From Candidatus Spongiisociaceae bacterium (GTDB lineage: Bacteria > Actinomycetota > Acidimicrobiia > Spongiisociales > Spongiisociaceae): 64,000 nt of DNA. Location of the stretch: contig OZ241841.1 of assembly GCA_965202665.1 (NCBI GenBank), positions 2,304,001 through 2,368,000 of the forward strand, written 5' to 3'. The first letter of the stretch is position 1. Every line of letters starts with the position of its first letter. Shown here in pieces: positions 41,887-51,631 of the stretch. Below the pieces are notes generated by a model. It was not told where the DNA came from and made no database searches. It worked only from the letters and a program-made list of their open reading frames with translations. A program made the position numbers and the translations under genes.

Positions 41887-43770
41887 ATGACCCAAAACCC
41901 CAAATGGAAGTTCGCCGAAAACCAGGATGGTGCCATAGAAGGCCCGAACCATCCCGGCATCGCCAATTTTACGGGCGACCGGGCGACCGCCATTATCAGG
42001 GAAGCCATTCAGAACTCGCTGGATGCTAGGGAGGGTGATCGCCCCGTCTCTGTTATTTTCGAGAGGAAAATGTTGGATAGGAGTATTTTAGCGGCTGATG
42101 ATTTGTTGGAGCACATTGAATGGTCTATTGAATCCCCTGCCAACGATGATGAAAACAGGCCGGATTTCAAGAAAGCCCAAAGTCTATTGGGGGGGGGGGG
42201 TAGAGAAGTTACATGTCTCTGTATAACGGACAGCAATACAACCGGGGCCGTTGATACAGAAGAGGACACATCGCCATGGAAGGCTCTTACCAAAGGTTCC
42301 GGGTTTCCCCGTAAGGCTTCCAAAAGTGCTACCGGATCTTTTGGCATAGGAAAATTTGCTTCGTTCACTTCAACTTATCTACGAACAGTACTCTATTCTA
42401 CTGCTTTCCAAAACAACGGCAGGCTGGAACACAGGTTTCAAGGAAAAACGATTCTCGTTTCTCATAAAGACGGCAGTGGAAATCCATTGCAAAGTATAGG
42501 ATACCTCGGTGATGGATTCGACCCGCTGAAAGATCAAGAAGTTCTGGCTGAAGTAAAGAGACTTGAACCAGGAACCTCTTTGTATATCCCCTATTATAGT
42601 TTTGGTAAAATGAGGCAGTGGTTGCAGGATAGCACTAGCATAGTTTTGGAGAACTTTTTTCATGCTATTATCCATGGCAACTTGCAAGTTCAATTCAGGG
42701 ACTCTGTTGAAGATGCTTTTCCAACTAGAACTATAGACAAAAAAACAAGTAATAAATATCAGCGGGAAATAACAGGGGATAGCACAACATACAGGTTAAT
42801 GCAGGTTTCTAAAAAGAAACCGCTAGCGAAAAAGACCTTCCAAGATGTAGGTGATATTTCTATCCGAATTACTATAAATCCAGAAACTAGATGGAGGGAG
42901 ATCGGATTAGTACGGGATGCGGGAATGTTAATTACATCAGACAGAAAGAATATGTTCCCCAGCCTCAAGCGAATTCCTGCTCACTGGTGTGGGTTTACGG
43001 CAATAATTGAATGTCAATCCAAAGGGAAGTCCCTTTTACGCCAGGCAGAATCTCCCCGTCATGATCATATCTCAGCAGATTATATTAGAGGTGCAGATGT
43101 ACGGGCTAGTACCGAAGAGAAGTTTAAAGAAATAGGTGATTGGTGTTTAGAAGAAATTCGAAAATTAGCAGAGCCGGATCTAGGAAGCGAGTCAGTTAAT
43201 GTTGATGAACTTGCTCAGTTGTTAGGTGTTGGGGGTGATACTACTCTAGAAGCAGGTCAGGAAGTGCCTGATGAAGACGGAGATCCGGTGGTATCTGAGC
43301 CAGAAAAAGTCTTGCGGTCTCCCAATCAATACAAGAAAACATCCGTAAAGAAAGCTATTGAAGATTTAGTGGAAAGCATTGTTGATGATGAGACGGCTGA
43401 TGATGCGGAAGAAGTAGAACGAACTGACAAAAAAATAGATAAAAAAGCGGACAAGAAGCGTCAAGTGAGAGCAGTTCCTCAGTCTTATATAAAAACACGA
43501 TTTAGAACAGGATCAAAACCAACCCACTCTGTGATTGTATCTTTCGATCGTCCCGAAGGCAATCCCTCCAAAATTGAGTTAAATGCCATGGGTGAAGATG
43601 GTATCAGATATCTTATAGGTGTCAGTGAGGCAGTGTATGACGACAAATCTCTGTCAGTCGATAATGACCTTATTACTCTACCTGATACCACCCAGGAGCG
43701 CCAAAGTATTGAAATTTTTACTCGCGACCCTGTTCAAGGTAAATCATTCGATTTGAGATTCATAAAATGA
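41887..43770 (+). CDS. GHKL-type ATPase, cassette 1 gene A
   Basis: REAIQNSLDA (N box), DSNTTG (G1), GSFGIGK (G2), GTSLYI; acidic linker; AT-rich. Confidence 0.8.
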   Translation: MTQNPKWKFAENQDGAIEGPNHPGIANFTGDRATAIIREAIQNSLDAREGDRPVSVIFERKMLDRSILAADDLLEHIEWSIESPANDDENRPDFKKAQSLLGGGGREVTCLCITDSNTTGAVDTEEDTSPWKALTKGSGFPRKASKSATGSFGIGKFASFTSTYLRTVLYSTAFQNNGRLEHRFQGKTILVSHKDGSGNPLQSIGYLGDGFDPLKDQEVLAEVKRLEPGTSLYIPYYSFGKMRQWLQDSTSIVLENFFHAIIHGNLQVQFRDSVEDAFPTRTIDKKTSNKYQREITGDSTTYRLMQVSKKKPLAKKTFQDVGDISIRITINPETRWREIGLVRDAGMLITSDRKNMFPSLKRIPAHWCGFTAIIECQSKGKSLLRQAESPRHDHISADYIRGADVRASTEEKFKEIGDWCLEEIRKLAEPDLGSESVNVDELAQLLGVGGDTTLEAGQEVPDEDGDPVVSEPEKVLRSPNQYKKTSVKKAIEDLVESIVDDETADDAEEVERTDKKIDKKADKKRQVRAVPQSYIKTRFRTGSKPTHSVIVSFDRPEGNPSKIELNAMGEDGIRYLIGVSEAVYDDKSLSVDNDLITLPDTTQERQSIEIFTRDPVQGKSFDLRFIK

Positions 43771-44672
43771 AGCACGATCCCAATCGCCATTTTCTGTATC
43801 CGGTGGCTCGGCCATTGTCCGATGACTATCCGGATAGCAATATTACCGCTGATGTAAAGGCAAGCCTTGTATCAGATAGTGTGCAGATTACGGTCACATA
43901 CCAAGTTGACGATGCTTCCATCCGTCAGCAAGTGTTGGATTCCAAGGCGCGTTGTGTCGCCATGTTGTACTGCACGGACACGCTATATCGTCGCTCCATT
44001 CGAAAGACAGTTGATGGTAATCCCCTTGAGATAACGGATATAATCCCTCTGAATAGTTTACGAAATCGAGTGCAAGTGCACCCGGTCATTGTGGCTGATT
44101 GTGATATTGAAACACTTCCGCTTCAGACAGCGCATTCAGAATACAGAGGAATGTCTTTTAGCGTTAAGACAGGGCAACCTTTGGCTTTTGATTCTCCGAT
44201 GTATTTCAACGTTAATCCATCTCAAATGAAATTACAGAGCATTTTTAATTTAGTTACCGATACGGATGCTAGCAGGGTGCAGGCTGACGAATTTGAGATT
44301 GAGATGGATGCTACTCAACGATATATAAATATTATTGCCGACGAGGATACTATGTCTTGGTTTCAAGAGCTACGTCGCAATAGGAATATTACTTTTCCTA
44401 GTATTTATATGAGTGCATTGGTTACTGTACTATCGTATTTTAGAGAAATAGATGAAGGCAGTGATGAAGATATGCTCGACAAGATTTCTGCTGATGGATG
44501 GTTTTGGTGTATACGTAGGAAATTAGAAGATCAAAATATTACTTTGTCTGATGGTTCTAGTAAGGAACAAGTATCTTTAATCAAGGCAGCACAAAGTTTA
44601 CTAACAGTGCATCGTAATTCCCGCCCCTTTAAGCGTTTGCTTTGGCAGCAAGGAGTAGAGAGCGATGATTGA
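43767..44672 (+). CDS. Hypothetical protein, cassette 1 gene B
   Basis: ATGA-coupled to gene A; YPVARPLSDDY N-terminus; long AT-rich ORF. Confidence 0.8.
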   Translation: MKHDPNRHFLYPVARPLSDDYPDSNITADVKASLVSDSVQITVTYQVDDASIRQQVLDSKARCVAMLYCTDTLYRRSIRKTVDGNPLEITDIIPLNSLRNRVQVHPVIVADCDIETLPLQTAHSEYRGMSFSVKTGQPLAFDSPMYFNVNPSQMKLQSIFNLVTDTDASRVQADEFEIEMDATQRYINIIADEDTMSWFQELRRNRNITFPSIYMSALVTVLSYFREIDEGSDEDMLDKISADGWFWCIRRKLEDQNITLSDGSSKEQVSLIKAAQSLLTVHRNSRPFKRLLWQQGVESDD

Positions 44673-45447
44673 AAACATCCCGTACATTAATGAGGTCGGC
44701 AATCAGATTTTGGAACGTCTTGTTCTGACTGATCCTAGTCTCTTTTTCGGAGGAAGGCATCTAAGAGACAAGCTGGAGGATTTGGCTGGTGACTTAGGTG
44801 AGTCTCCGTATTCTAACAAATCCATCAATCTTGAGACATCACTTGCACCGCTAAATCAGATTCGCGAGGATGGCCCAGGTACGGATGCGGATAATGCTCC
44901 GATACTTCGTCAGGCATTGTCCAGTGTGTCTCCTGCTGAGGCATCTGATGGCTTGCTATGGGCTTCCATCAACTGCTTTGCTTTGTCCCCCTATATTCCC
45001 GTTAGGTGGGGTACATCATCATTGAGGAGAGATGATCTGCAAAACACCGCTTTTGTAAAAAGGCACTGGCTTTGGCAGGGAACTGCAGGTAGAACCTGGA
45101 ATGCGTCTGCTCGGCTTTGGTGGCTGGCGGAATTGGCAACCCGCGCCAGCGAATATTCTAGAAATTCGGTTGAGACACTACTAGAAGCAATGGGAAACAA
45201 TGTGGGTTTATATCATCAACTGACCTCTCGTACGTTTCTGGCGGCAAATCCCCAGGTGGTGGCCGCGATTTATGATGTCGCTTTAGACGGAAGCCGACAT
45301 GTTTTTGAAAAAGCATACGCCAACCAGTTGATGAAGGCTTTGAATATGAGGGCGGGGAATATTAGTTTTGATGTTTTTGATTATGACGAGTTATATACGA
45401 TTGTTGAAAGTTGTTTGCCCCCAAAAGAACGGGGGGCCACCGACTAA
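44665..45447 (+). CDS. ARLWW-motif (DUF6339-like) protein, cassette 1 gene C
   Basis: Overlaps gene B; LWASIN...RW...NASARLWW motif; family name from recollection. Confidence 0.75.
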   Translation: MIENIPYINEVGNQILERLVLTDPSLFFGGRHLRDKLEDLAGDLGESPYSNKSINLETSLAPLNQIREDGPGTDADNAPILRQALSSVSPAEASDGLLWASINCFALSPYIPVRWGTSSLRRDDLQNTAFVKRHWLWQGTAGRTWNASARLWWLAELATRASEYSRNSVETLLEAMGNNVGLYHQLTSRTFLAANPQVVAAIYDVALDGSRHVFEKAYANQLMKALNMRAGNISFDVFDYDELYTIVESCLPPKERGATD

Positions 45448-46289
45448 GGTCGGCCGCCCCTCCTGCGTTGCGGGTCGTTAGTTTGGGCGGGGGGATACAG
45501 AGCACCGTTATGTGCCTGCTGGCCGAGCAGGGGGCGTTCGGGGTCAAGCCGGATGTGGCCCTCTTCGCCGACACCGGGTGGGAGCCGCAGGGGGTGTATG
45601 ACACGGTGGAATGGTTGCGGTCGCAGGTTTCTTTTCCGATAGAAACAATCAGCAACGGGCGAAGCCTGCGGGAAGATGTTCGCGATGGGGTGAACGCGCA
45701 AGGCCAACCCTGGTTGACCATCCCGGCGTTTCTGGCCGAACGCAACGGCGACCCGGCGGGCATCAACTGGCGGCAATGCACCAAAAACTACAAGTTGGAT
45801 CCGATCCGGACCGCGGTGCGAAGGATGCTCGGCGTCCGTCCCCGGCAGATGCTGTCCTCAGACACCAACGTGGAAATGTGGCTGGGGATTTCCACCGACG
45901 AGATTATGCGGGCCAAGCCCAACCGCGAATGGTGGATCAAGCACCGGTTCCCGCTGATTGACGATGTGCCCATGTCCCGTCGGGAATGTCAAGCCTGGTT
46001 TGAGGAAAGGTACCCGGACCGCACCCTGTCCCGAAGCGCCTGCGTGGGATGCCCGTTTCGCAGCACGGCCAGCTGGCTGGAAGTGCGGGAAAGCGACCCC
46101 GACCTGTTTGAGGAAGCGGTGCGGATGGACGCCCAACTGCGCTCATCCGGCCACAACGCCGCCAAGATGTTCCGCAAACGGGCCTTCCTCCACCACCGCC
46201 GAATACCCCTCGCCGAAGCCATCCAAGCAGACCAAGCGGAAGAAGAAGATCACTTCATAAACGAATGCGAAGGCCACTGCGCCCTGTAA
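45411..46289 (+). CDS. PAPS-reductase-like / adenine nucleotide alpha-hydrolase with Cys motifs
   Basis: SLGGGIQST PP-loop-like, FADTGWE, RQCTKNYK, GISTDE, SACVGCPF, ECEGHC; true start may be TTG 45468. Confidence 0.8.
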   Translation: MFAPKRTGGHRLRSAAPPALRVVSLGGGIQSTVMCLLAEQGAFGVKPDVALFADTGWEPQGVYDTVEWLRSQVSFPIETISNGRSLREDVRDGVNAQGQPWLTIPAFLAERNGDPAGINWRQCTKNYKLDPIRTAVRRMLGVRPRQMLSSDTNVEMWLGISTDEIMRAKPNREWWIKHRFPLIDDVPMSRRECQAWFEERYPDRTLSRSACVGCPFRSTASWLEVRESDPDLFEEAVRMDAQLRSSGHNAAKMFRKRAFLHHRRIPLAEAIQADQAEEEDHFINECEGHCAL

Positions 46290-46311
46290 GGATAAAACCT
46301 TCTTGGTGTTC

Positions 46312-47172
46312 CTATGATTCGATACGCCCTGTGGAGCACATTTGTATAAGCTTTTCCATCGGATAGGTGGAGAAGTCCACCACCGGTGCCAACCTTCCCA
46401 GCCATCCTAGCCGATCTTCGACATTTTCTTGCCTGCTACGGTTGTTGTTGGCCACAGGCTTTTCCCTATCAAATGATAGAAGTGCCGCTACTAGCACCTG
46501 GGGGCTATTTAGGACAGCCAAGCGTCTCACCAACACACCCACAACTCCTCTCCAAACCGCTGAACCGTGTAATATCTTGTGTGCCTCATCAGAGGTGAGA
46601 TGTCCATCGGAAGCCTCTGCTACCCGGTCAGCCATGTGCGGTCTCCACCAAGCCTGTGCTATCGGGCAGTTAAAAACCGATACTGATCCACGTACATGAG
46701 AAAGGCCGCCTATTCGCCAGCCGATGAAGCGGGCTAAACTGTCATCATCGTCCATATTGTTTCCCGCTGTAGTCGTTATCCAGTCAGAGGGGACATATCC
46801 CTTCTCCCACCACAAGAGGGAAAGTGCCGTCCAAAGGGCAGGCCGGGAGGCTGCCGTTGGCACCACCGTTGGGGTCAGGGTTTGGTAAATCTCCCTTTCC
46901 AGTTCTACCGACGCGGCTCCCGTGAACTCTTTTGCCGACAGATTCTGGGGCAAAAGTGGAGGAGTGCCGCCTTCCAGGCCGTCTAGGCCAGAATTGACCC
47001 CCAGTTGGTCGAGCAGAATATCCAGTGCCTCCCCCGACCGGGCCGCTTCTGCCAGCAGTTGCGCCTTCTCCGTGGTCGCCCCTTCTCTAGTACTTCCTTT
47101 TGGCGTCGTCGCCATCCACCATTTTTGGCACGCCTCGTCAAAAACCCCGGTCGCTCGCAAGTAATCGGACAT
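46312..47172 (-). CDS. Hypothetical protein, cassette 2 gene C (remote similarity to ARLWW proteins)
   Basis: TGATG-coupled to upstream gene; ALWTALS and NCPIAQAWWR motifs. Confidence 0.7.
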   Translation of the reverse strand: MSDYLRATGVFDEACQKWWMATTPKGSTREGATTEKAQLLAEAARSGEALDILLDQLGVNSGLDGLEGGTPPLLPQNLSAKEFTGAASVELEREIYQTLTPTVVPTAASRPALWTALSLLWWEKGYVPSDWITTTAGNNMDDDDSLARFIGWRIGGLSHVRGSVSVFNCPIAQAWWRPHMADRVAEASDGHLTSDEAHKILHGSAVWRGVVGVLVRRLAVLNSPQVLVAALLSFDREKPVANNNRSRQENVEDRLGWLGRLAPVVDFSTYPMEKLIQMCSTGRIES

Positions 47173-48002
47173 CACTCCTCCATCCCCTCCGGCAGAAGCA
47201 TGAAAGCTTCCAAGCAGGTGGCAGCCTGCGCTGGGTCGTAATCTTCGTCCATCCAAGTAGGGACGTTTGCCTTTTGCAGGTGGGCGGCCATTTCCCCCAA
47301 CACTTGTGAGCCAGCAGGGTCGTCGCTTTTCTTAAGGCGAGCCAATGCCCCCACTAGGGCGGCGATCATGATGCCGCTTCGCCTTTCCCTTTTTACGCTC
47401 TGCAAAGTTGCCTGAGTCATGAAAACCTTGAAGTGGTAATAGGGGTCCGGGTCGGCGACTCGGATTTCCCCATTCCTTGTCATTTGCTTATCTACTACGA
47501 ATTCCAATATGGAGGCAACCGCCTCCTCCAGCGCAAACACTTCCCCTCGGGCCACCACCCGTCCTGGGGGGATGGTAAGCGAAGAAGCCCCATCTTGCCA
47601 CACAAAGCTCAACATTTCCTTTGATAAGATTATCTGCCCATGGGCGCACAGTTGCGTGATGAGGAAGGGGCGCGCCGTGCAATGGGCCGGGTCCCACTTC
47701 ACGGAGTACTCCCAAATACTCCTTTCAGCATCCGTACCTTCTTCCTCCAAACTATGAGTTACCGTCAGGTCGTCAAGTCGGTAAGTCGCGTATTCGGAGT
47801 AAAGGGTATGGGGGGATCGTATTTCGGAGACCCACGCCCCATTGTCCCAGACGGCTCTCGTGAAAGGGCCGACATCGGGGCCGCTCAGAATATTCACAAC
47901 CCGCGCTTCGCTTTCACCTGTTCTCTCGAAGGTGTTGCTGTAGGAAACACCGGGGAAGTCGTAACCCAAGCCGTCGGCTCGTAACATCGGACGGTGGATC
48001 AT
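47172..48002 (-). CDS. Hypothetical protein, cassette 2 gene B
   Basis: ATGA-coupled to ATPase; RPMLRADGLGYDF start and HTLYS echo gene B of cassette 1. Confidence 0.72.
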   Translation of the reverse strand: MIHRPMLRADGLGYDFPGVSYSNTFERTGESEARVVNILSGPDVGPFTRAVWDNGAWVSEIRSPHTLYSEYATYRLDDLTVTHSLEEEGTDAERSIWEYSVKWDPAHCTARPFLITQLCAHGQIILSKEMLSFVWQDGASSLTIPPGRVVARGEVFALEEAVASILEFVVDKQMTRNGEIRVADPDPYYHFKVFMTQATLQSVKRERRSGIMIAALVGALARLKKSDDPAGSQVLGEMAAHLQKANVPTWMDEDYDPAQAATCLEAFMLLPEGMEE

Positions 48003-49903
48003 GGCCGCCTCTTTACGATGTCAAGGGCCAGCGGCCCGCGTCCGCGCTCGACGGGAATAGTCATTTCTATCTGGAATCTATGCAAGTCGGTGGGAACCAG
48101 CACCTCGAACGGGCCCATCTTCTTCAAGCCCGGGGAGCCGGGGGATATGCGGCAAAATTCCGGCCGCGGTGAGGAGTCGCAGGTTTCATCTCCGCCGGTG
48201 GCGCGAATTACCCGCACCCCCAACACCTCCTCTTTGTGCTGGCCGAGTTCCACTTGTATCGCTCTAATGTTGCCGTCCCGGCTATCGCCGAGCACTATCT
48301 CGCCGAAGGCGAAAGGCACCGAGATGGACTTCCCCGGCCGGGCGGTTGTATCTTCCTCCGTTGGTATGATGGGCCGCGGATGGGGGCCCGGACCGGGTCC
48401 GGGACCGGGTTCGGGCTCCGGTTCACCTGGTTCCAACCACGGGGTCTCCCCTTCGCCTTCGCCGGGAGTCCAGACCGGGGGACGCGGGGGGAGGGGACGC
48501 GGCCGCGGCCGCTCCGTTCCTTCTCCGTACGCGGCGAAACCGGTTGGCCGCCAGGAATCCCCGGTTACGCTCTCCGCCTCCGCTAGCAGAATATTCAGTA
48601 TCTCGTCCAGCATCCCCTTGAGTTCTTCTTTGTCCTCTTTAGGGAGGTTGGGGAGGTTGATGTCGTAATGCTCCGCCCCTTCGGAACGGCGTACCAGTTC
48701 GGAGAACCGCCGCCCATTTTCCGGGTCGGCCAGCACTACCGCGTCGAAACGTTCACGGTCGGCAAAATGGCCGGTAGGGTAATGGCTGTTGGTGATCCAC
48801 ATCCCCTCTCGGAAAAAGTTGACGCGGGTGCGGCCCCTATCCGTGTCATCCAGCTTTCGAAACAGGATGGTCGCCGTTTCCGAGGACAGTTGTTTTCCCT
48901 GATTGAGAGTGCGCCACGCCCGGTGCGCCATCCCCTCGGGGAACCGCCATCGCTCGGAGCGAACAATGTATCCGTCCTTTGACAAAGCCTTCCCCACCGA
49001 GTTCGGCGAGTCAAGCGTAATGCTTCTCTTCTCGTCTTTTACTTCCACCGCTATACGACCGTCGCAGATGGCGGGTGCGAAGTGGGCGGCGGCGGTGCGG
49101 GCGATGTAACGAAGCGCTTCGCCTGTTTCGGGGGGCTCTCCGAAGTGGTTGAAGCCCAGTATGGCCACCACCGTTCCGGTCTTGGCGGTTCCGGTCTCGG
49201 TTATGCGGTCAATATCCGGTTTGACAAGGGCGGGCGACTGGGAGACGTACTGGAAGGGAGAATCGAACATGCCGATTTTGTTTGGGTTGTCGCCTATGGC
49301 CAACGTTCCTTTGTGACTGCGGGTCTTTTGCTCCCCCCGCGGCAGGTGGGCGGCCAGCAGGCATCGCCCGGAGACAATCGGACCTTCGGGGCCGCGGGAT
49401 CCGTATATGACGTAGCGCAGGTCGGAGGCCCCGAAGGCGGTCAGGTGCCCCAACCCGACCGAGCCAGCCCCATGATCGGTTTTGGTGGTGTTTCCCTCCG
49501 ACAGCAGGCGGCTCATCGTATCGTCCGTCAGCCCTTGGCCGTCGTCTCGGCAAACCAACACCCACATCTCTCCGTCTTTGTCCCCCAGCACATCCTCGAT
49601 TCGGTTGGCGACCGTATTGTCGGTTTCGGAAAACCTGCCTGCCTCCTTGCGGTTGCGGACCACATCCTCAAAGGCCCGCTTGTATCCGCTCAAATCAGGG
49701 ATTTGCGATATCGGGACGCGGCGGATGGAGATGGAAACATCCACCCGCTGTCCGTTCTCGCGGGCGTCTAAGCAGTTTTGGAGCAACTCGCGAATTACCG
49801 GCTCGGCGTAGCCGCGCAAGGCGCGGTCGGCGTCGGCGGAGGCAAAGCCGGACTGGTCGGTGGGGTCTGGTGGGAAAATCAGCCGGGGGGTATGGGCGGT
49901 CAT
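47999..49903 (-). CDS. GHKL-type ATPase, cassette 2 gene A
   Basis: RELLQNCLDA, DDGQGL, GSVGLGH, GTVVAI; Pro/Glu/Gly-rich linker; AAGGA RBS. Confidence 0.8.
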   Translation of the reverse strand: MTAHTPRLIFPPDPTDQSGFASADADRALRGYAEPVIRELLQNCLDARENGQRVDVSISIRRVPISQIPDLSGYKRAFEDVVRNRKEAGRFSETDNTVANRIEDVLGDKDGEMWVLVCRDDGQGLTDDTMSRLLSEGNTTKTDHGAGSVGLGHLTAFGASDLRYVIYGSRGPEGPIVSGRCLLAAHLPRGEQKTRSHKGTLAIGDNPNKIGMFDSPFQYVSQSPALVKPDIDRITETGTAKTGTVVAILGFNHFGEPPETGEALRYIARTAAAHFAPAICDGRIAVEVKDEKRSITLDSPNSVGKALSKDGYIVRSERWRFPEGMAHRAWRTLNQGKQLSSETATILFRKLDDTDRGRTRVNFFREGMWITNSHYPTGHFADRERFDAVVLADPENGRRFSELVRRSEGAEHYDINLPNLPKEDKEELKGMLDEILNILLAEAESVTGDSWRPTGFAAYGEGTERPRPRPLPPRPPVWTPGEGEGETPWLEPGEPEPEPGPGPGPGPHPRPIIPTEEDTTARPGKSISVPFAFGEIVLGDSRDGNIRAIQVELGQHKEEVLGVRVIRATGGDETCDSSPRPEFCRISPGSPGLKKMGPFEVLVPTDLHRFQIEMTIPVERGRGPLALDIVKRRP

Positions 49904-50058
49904 GTCCTTCCTTGTTGCGGAGGGCACGCAGTATACTTCCGCAGATTGTTCGGGGGAAAATCGGCGCATGGTTTGGCGCGTCGCCGGGTGTTGTGTTATA
50001 TTTGCGGGACTCCGGATGGCGGTTGCCCTGCCGGAGCGAGGCCGAAGGATTAGCTGAT

Positions 50059-50844
50059 ATGTTCAACAATGTTCTCAAACTCAACCAGAGCGGATACCAT
50101 ATTTTGGAGGAGTTAGCTGAGATTGTACCCTATATTTTCATAGAAGGGGGTACTAGGCTACTTAAGAAGAGTTTAGATTTTTTGGCCGCCAAACGGAACG
50201 AGCGGCCTTTTGATCCCCGCGACATCAAATTGAAGGTTCCGCTTGATACGTTGAATACCCAAATCACCGAGGAAGGACCCGGCACGGATGCCGATTTTGT
50301 TCCTCTGATACGCCAGGCGACAGCCGGTATTGCGATGGACCAAATCGATCAAAAGATGTTTTGGACTTCTATAAACTGCTTGGTTTTGTCACCCTATATC
50401 GCCGAACGATGGTCCACTAGTCATTTGCTCAAAAAAGAACCGAACAGGTTCGTCCAAAAACATTGGTTCTGGATGGGCACAGAAAGCAGATGTTGGAACG
50501 CATCCGCCCGATTGTGGTGGTTAGGGGAGATGTCGCTCCGGGCATCAGAGTTTTCCATTCACTCCACCGACACGCTGTTGAGAGTTATGGCGGGCAATGT
50601 AGGGTTGTATCATCAACTAATGTCACGTTCCTATGCAGTTAACGATCCGGTTTTGACAGCGGCTATTTACGACACAGCCTTGGCGGGAAATAAGCAGTTG
50701 TTCCAAACCGATAACGCCAACGAACTCTTTAAAAATCTCAAAGCCAAGGCGGGTACTTTCAACGGTTTAGACTATTATGAACTATGTCAGATAGTGGAAA
50801 ATAGCTTACCCGATACTTCTATGAGAACTGAGGATCGGCAGTGA
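50059..50844 (+). CDS. ARLWW-motif protein paralogue 2
   Basis: EGPGTDAD, FWTSINC, WNASARLWW, AAIYD shared with 44665-45447. Confidence 0.8.
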   Translation: MFNNVLKLNQSGYHILEELAEIVPYIFIEGGTRLLKKSLDFLAAKRNERPFDPRDIKLKVPLDTLNTQITEEGPGTDADFVPLIRQATAGIAMDQIDQKMFWTSINCLVLSPYIAERWSTSHLLKKEPNRFVQKHWFWMGTESRCWNASARLWWLGEMSLRASEFSIHSTDTLLRVMAGNVGLYHQLMSRSYAVNDPVLTAAIYDTALAGNKQLFQTDNANELFKNLKAKAGTFNGLDYYELCQIVENSLPDTSMRTEDRQ

Positions 50845-51602
50845 GTTTGAAAAACATTCCTCGCCTAAACGATAACGGATATCGCATTTTAGATGAAATG
50901 GCTGATAGCGCGCCTCATATTTTCACGTCGGGAGATACCGCTCAACTGATAGAAGAGTTGGAACAGAGGGCCCAACAACAGGGCGTACCGCCATATGTTG
51001 ATTCAAGGATCAACTTGAAGGTTTCTCTTGACCCCTTGAATCGGGTGGATAGGAAAGGGCCTTCCACCGATGCCCGCAACGTACCGATATTACGCCGAGC
51101 GGTTGCCGGAATTTCATCTGAACAGGCTGATCAGGGCTTATTTTGGACTTCCATAAGCTGTTTCCTGTTGTCTCCGTATATTTCACAACGCTGGAGTACC
51201 AAAAAACCTACTAGATTCGTCAAAAGGCATTTGCTGTGGATTGGGAAAAAGGGCAGGATTTCGAACTCTGCCGCTCGGCTGTGGTGGTTGGGAGAGATGG
51301 CCCTTCGCTCCTCCGAGTTTTCCATACATTCTTCTCGTACTTTACTCACTGTTATGGCAAATAATACAGGACTGTATCACGCTATTATGGATCGTAAATT
51401 TGCTTCTAACCCGGTTTTGGTAGCTGCCATATACGACACGGCTTTGGCTGGAAAAACCTATCTTCTCTACAAGGAACATGCTAACGACCTCTGTATAAAA
51501 CTTCGTGCCAAGGCTGACACCTATAATGTTTTAGACTATTATGAACTATACCAAATAGTGGAAAACTGCTTGCCCCTCAAAGCACCCCGATCACCTCGGT
51601 AA
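50841..51602 (+). CDS. ARLWW-motif protein paralogue 3
   Basis: KGPSTDA, FWTSISC, NSAARLWW, AAIYD; GTGA overlap. Confidence 0.8.
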   Translation: MSLKNIPRLNDNGYRILDEMADSAPHIFTSGDTAQLIEELEQRAQQQGVPPYVDSRINLKVSLDPLNRVDRKGPSTDARNVPILRRAVAGISSEQADQGLFWTSISCFLLSPYISQRWSTKKPTRFVKRHLLWIGKKGRISNSAARLWWLGEMALRSSEFSIHSSRTLLTVMANNTGLYHAIMDRKFASNPVLVAAIYDTALAGKTYLLYKEHANDLCIKLRAKADTYNVLDYYELYQIVENCLPLKAPRSPR

Positions 51603-51631
51603 GTTGCCCGTACAGCGGTTAAGGTTAAGCA

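Noticed and set aside
45411-46289. Calling this gene dndC or cysH
   Set aside because: Much shorter than typical DndC, and no dndB/D/E or sulfate assimilation neighbours; only fold-level similarity is supportable
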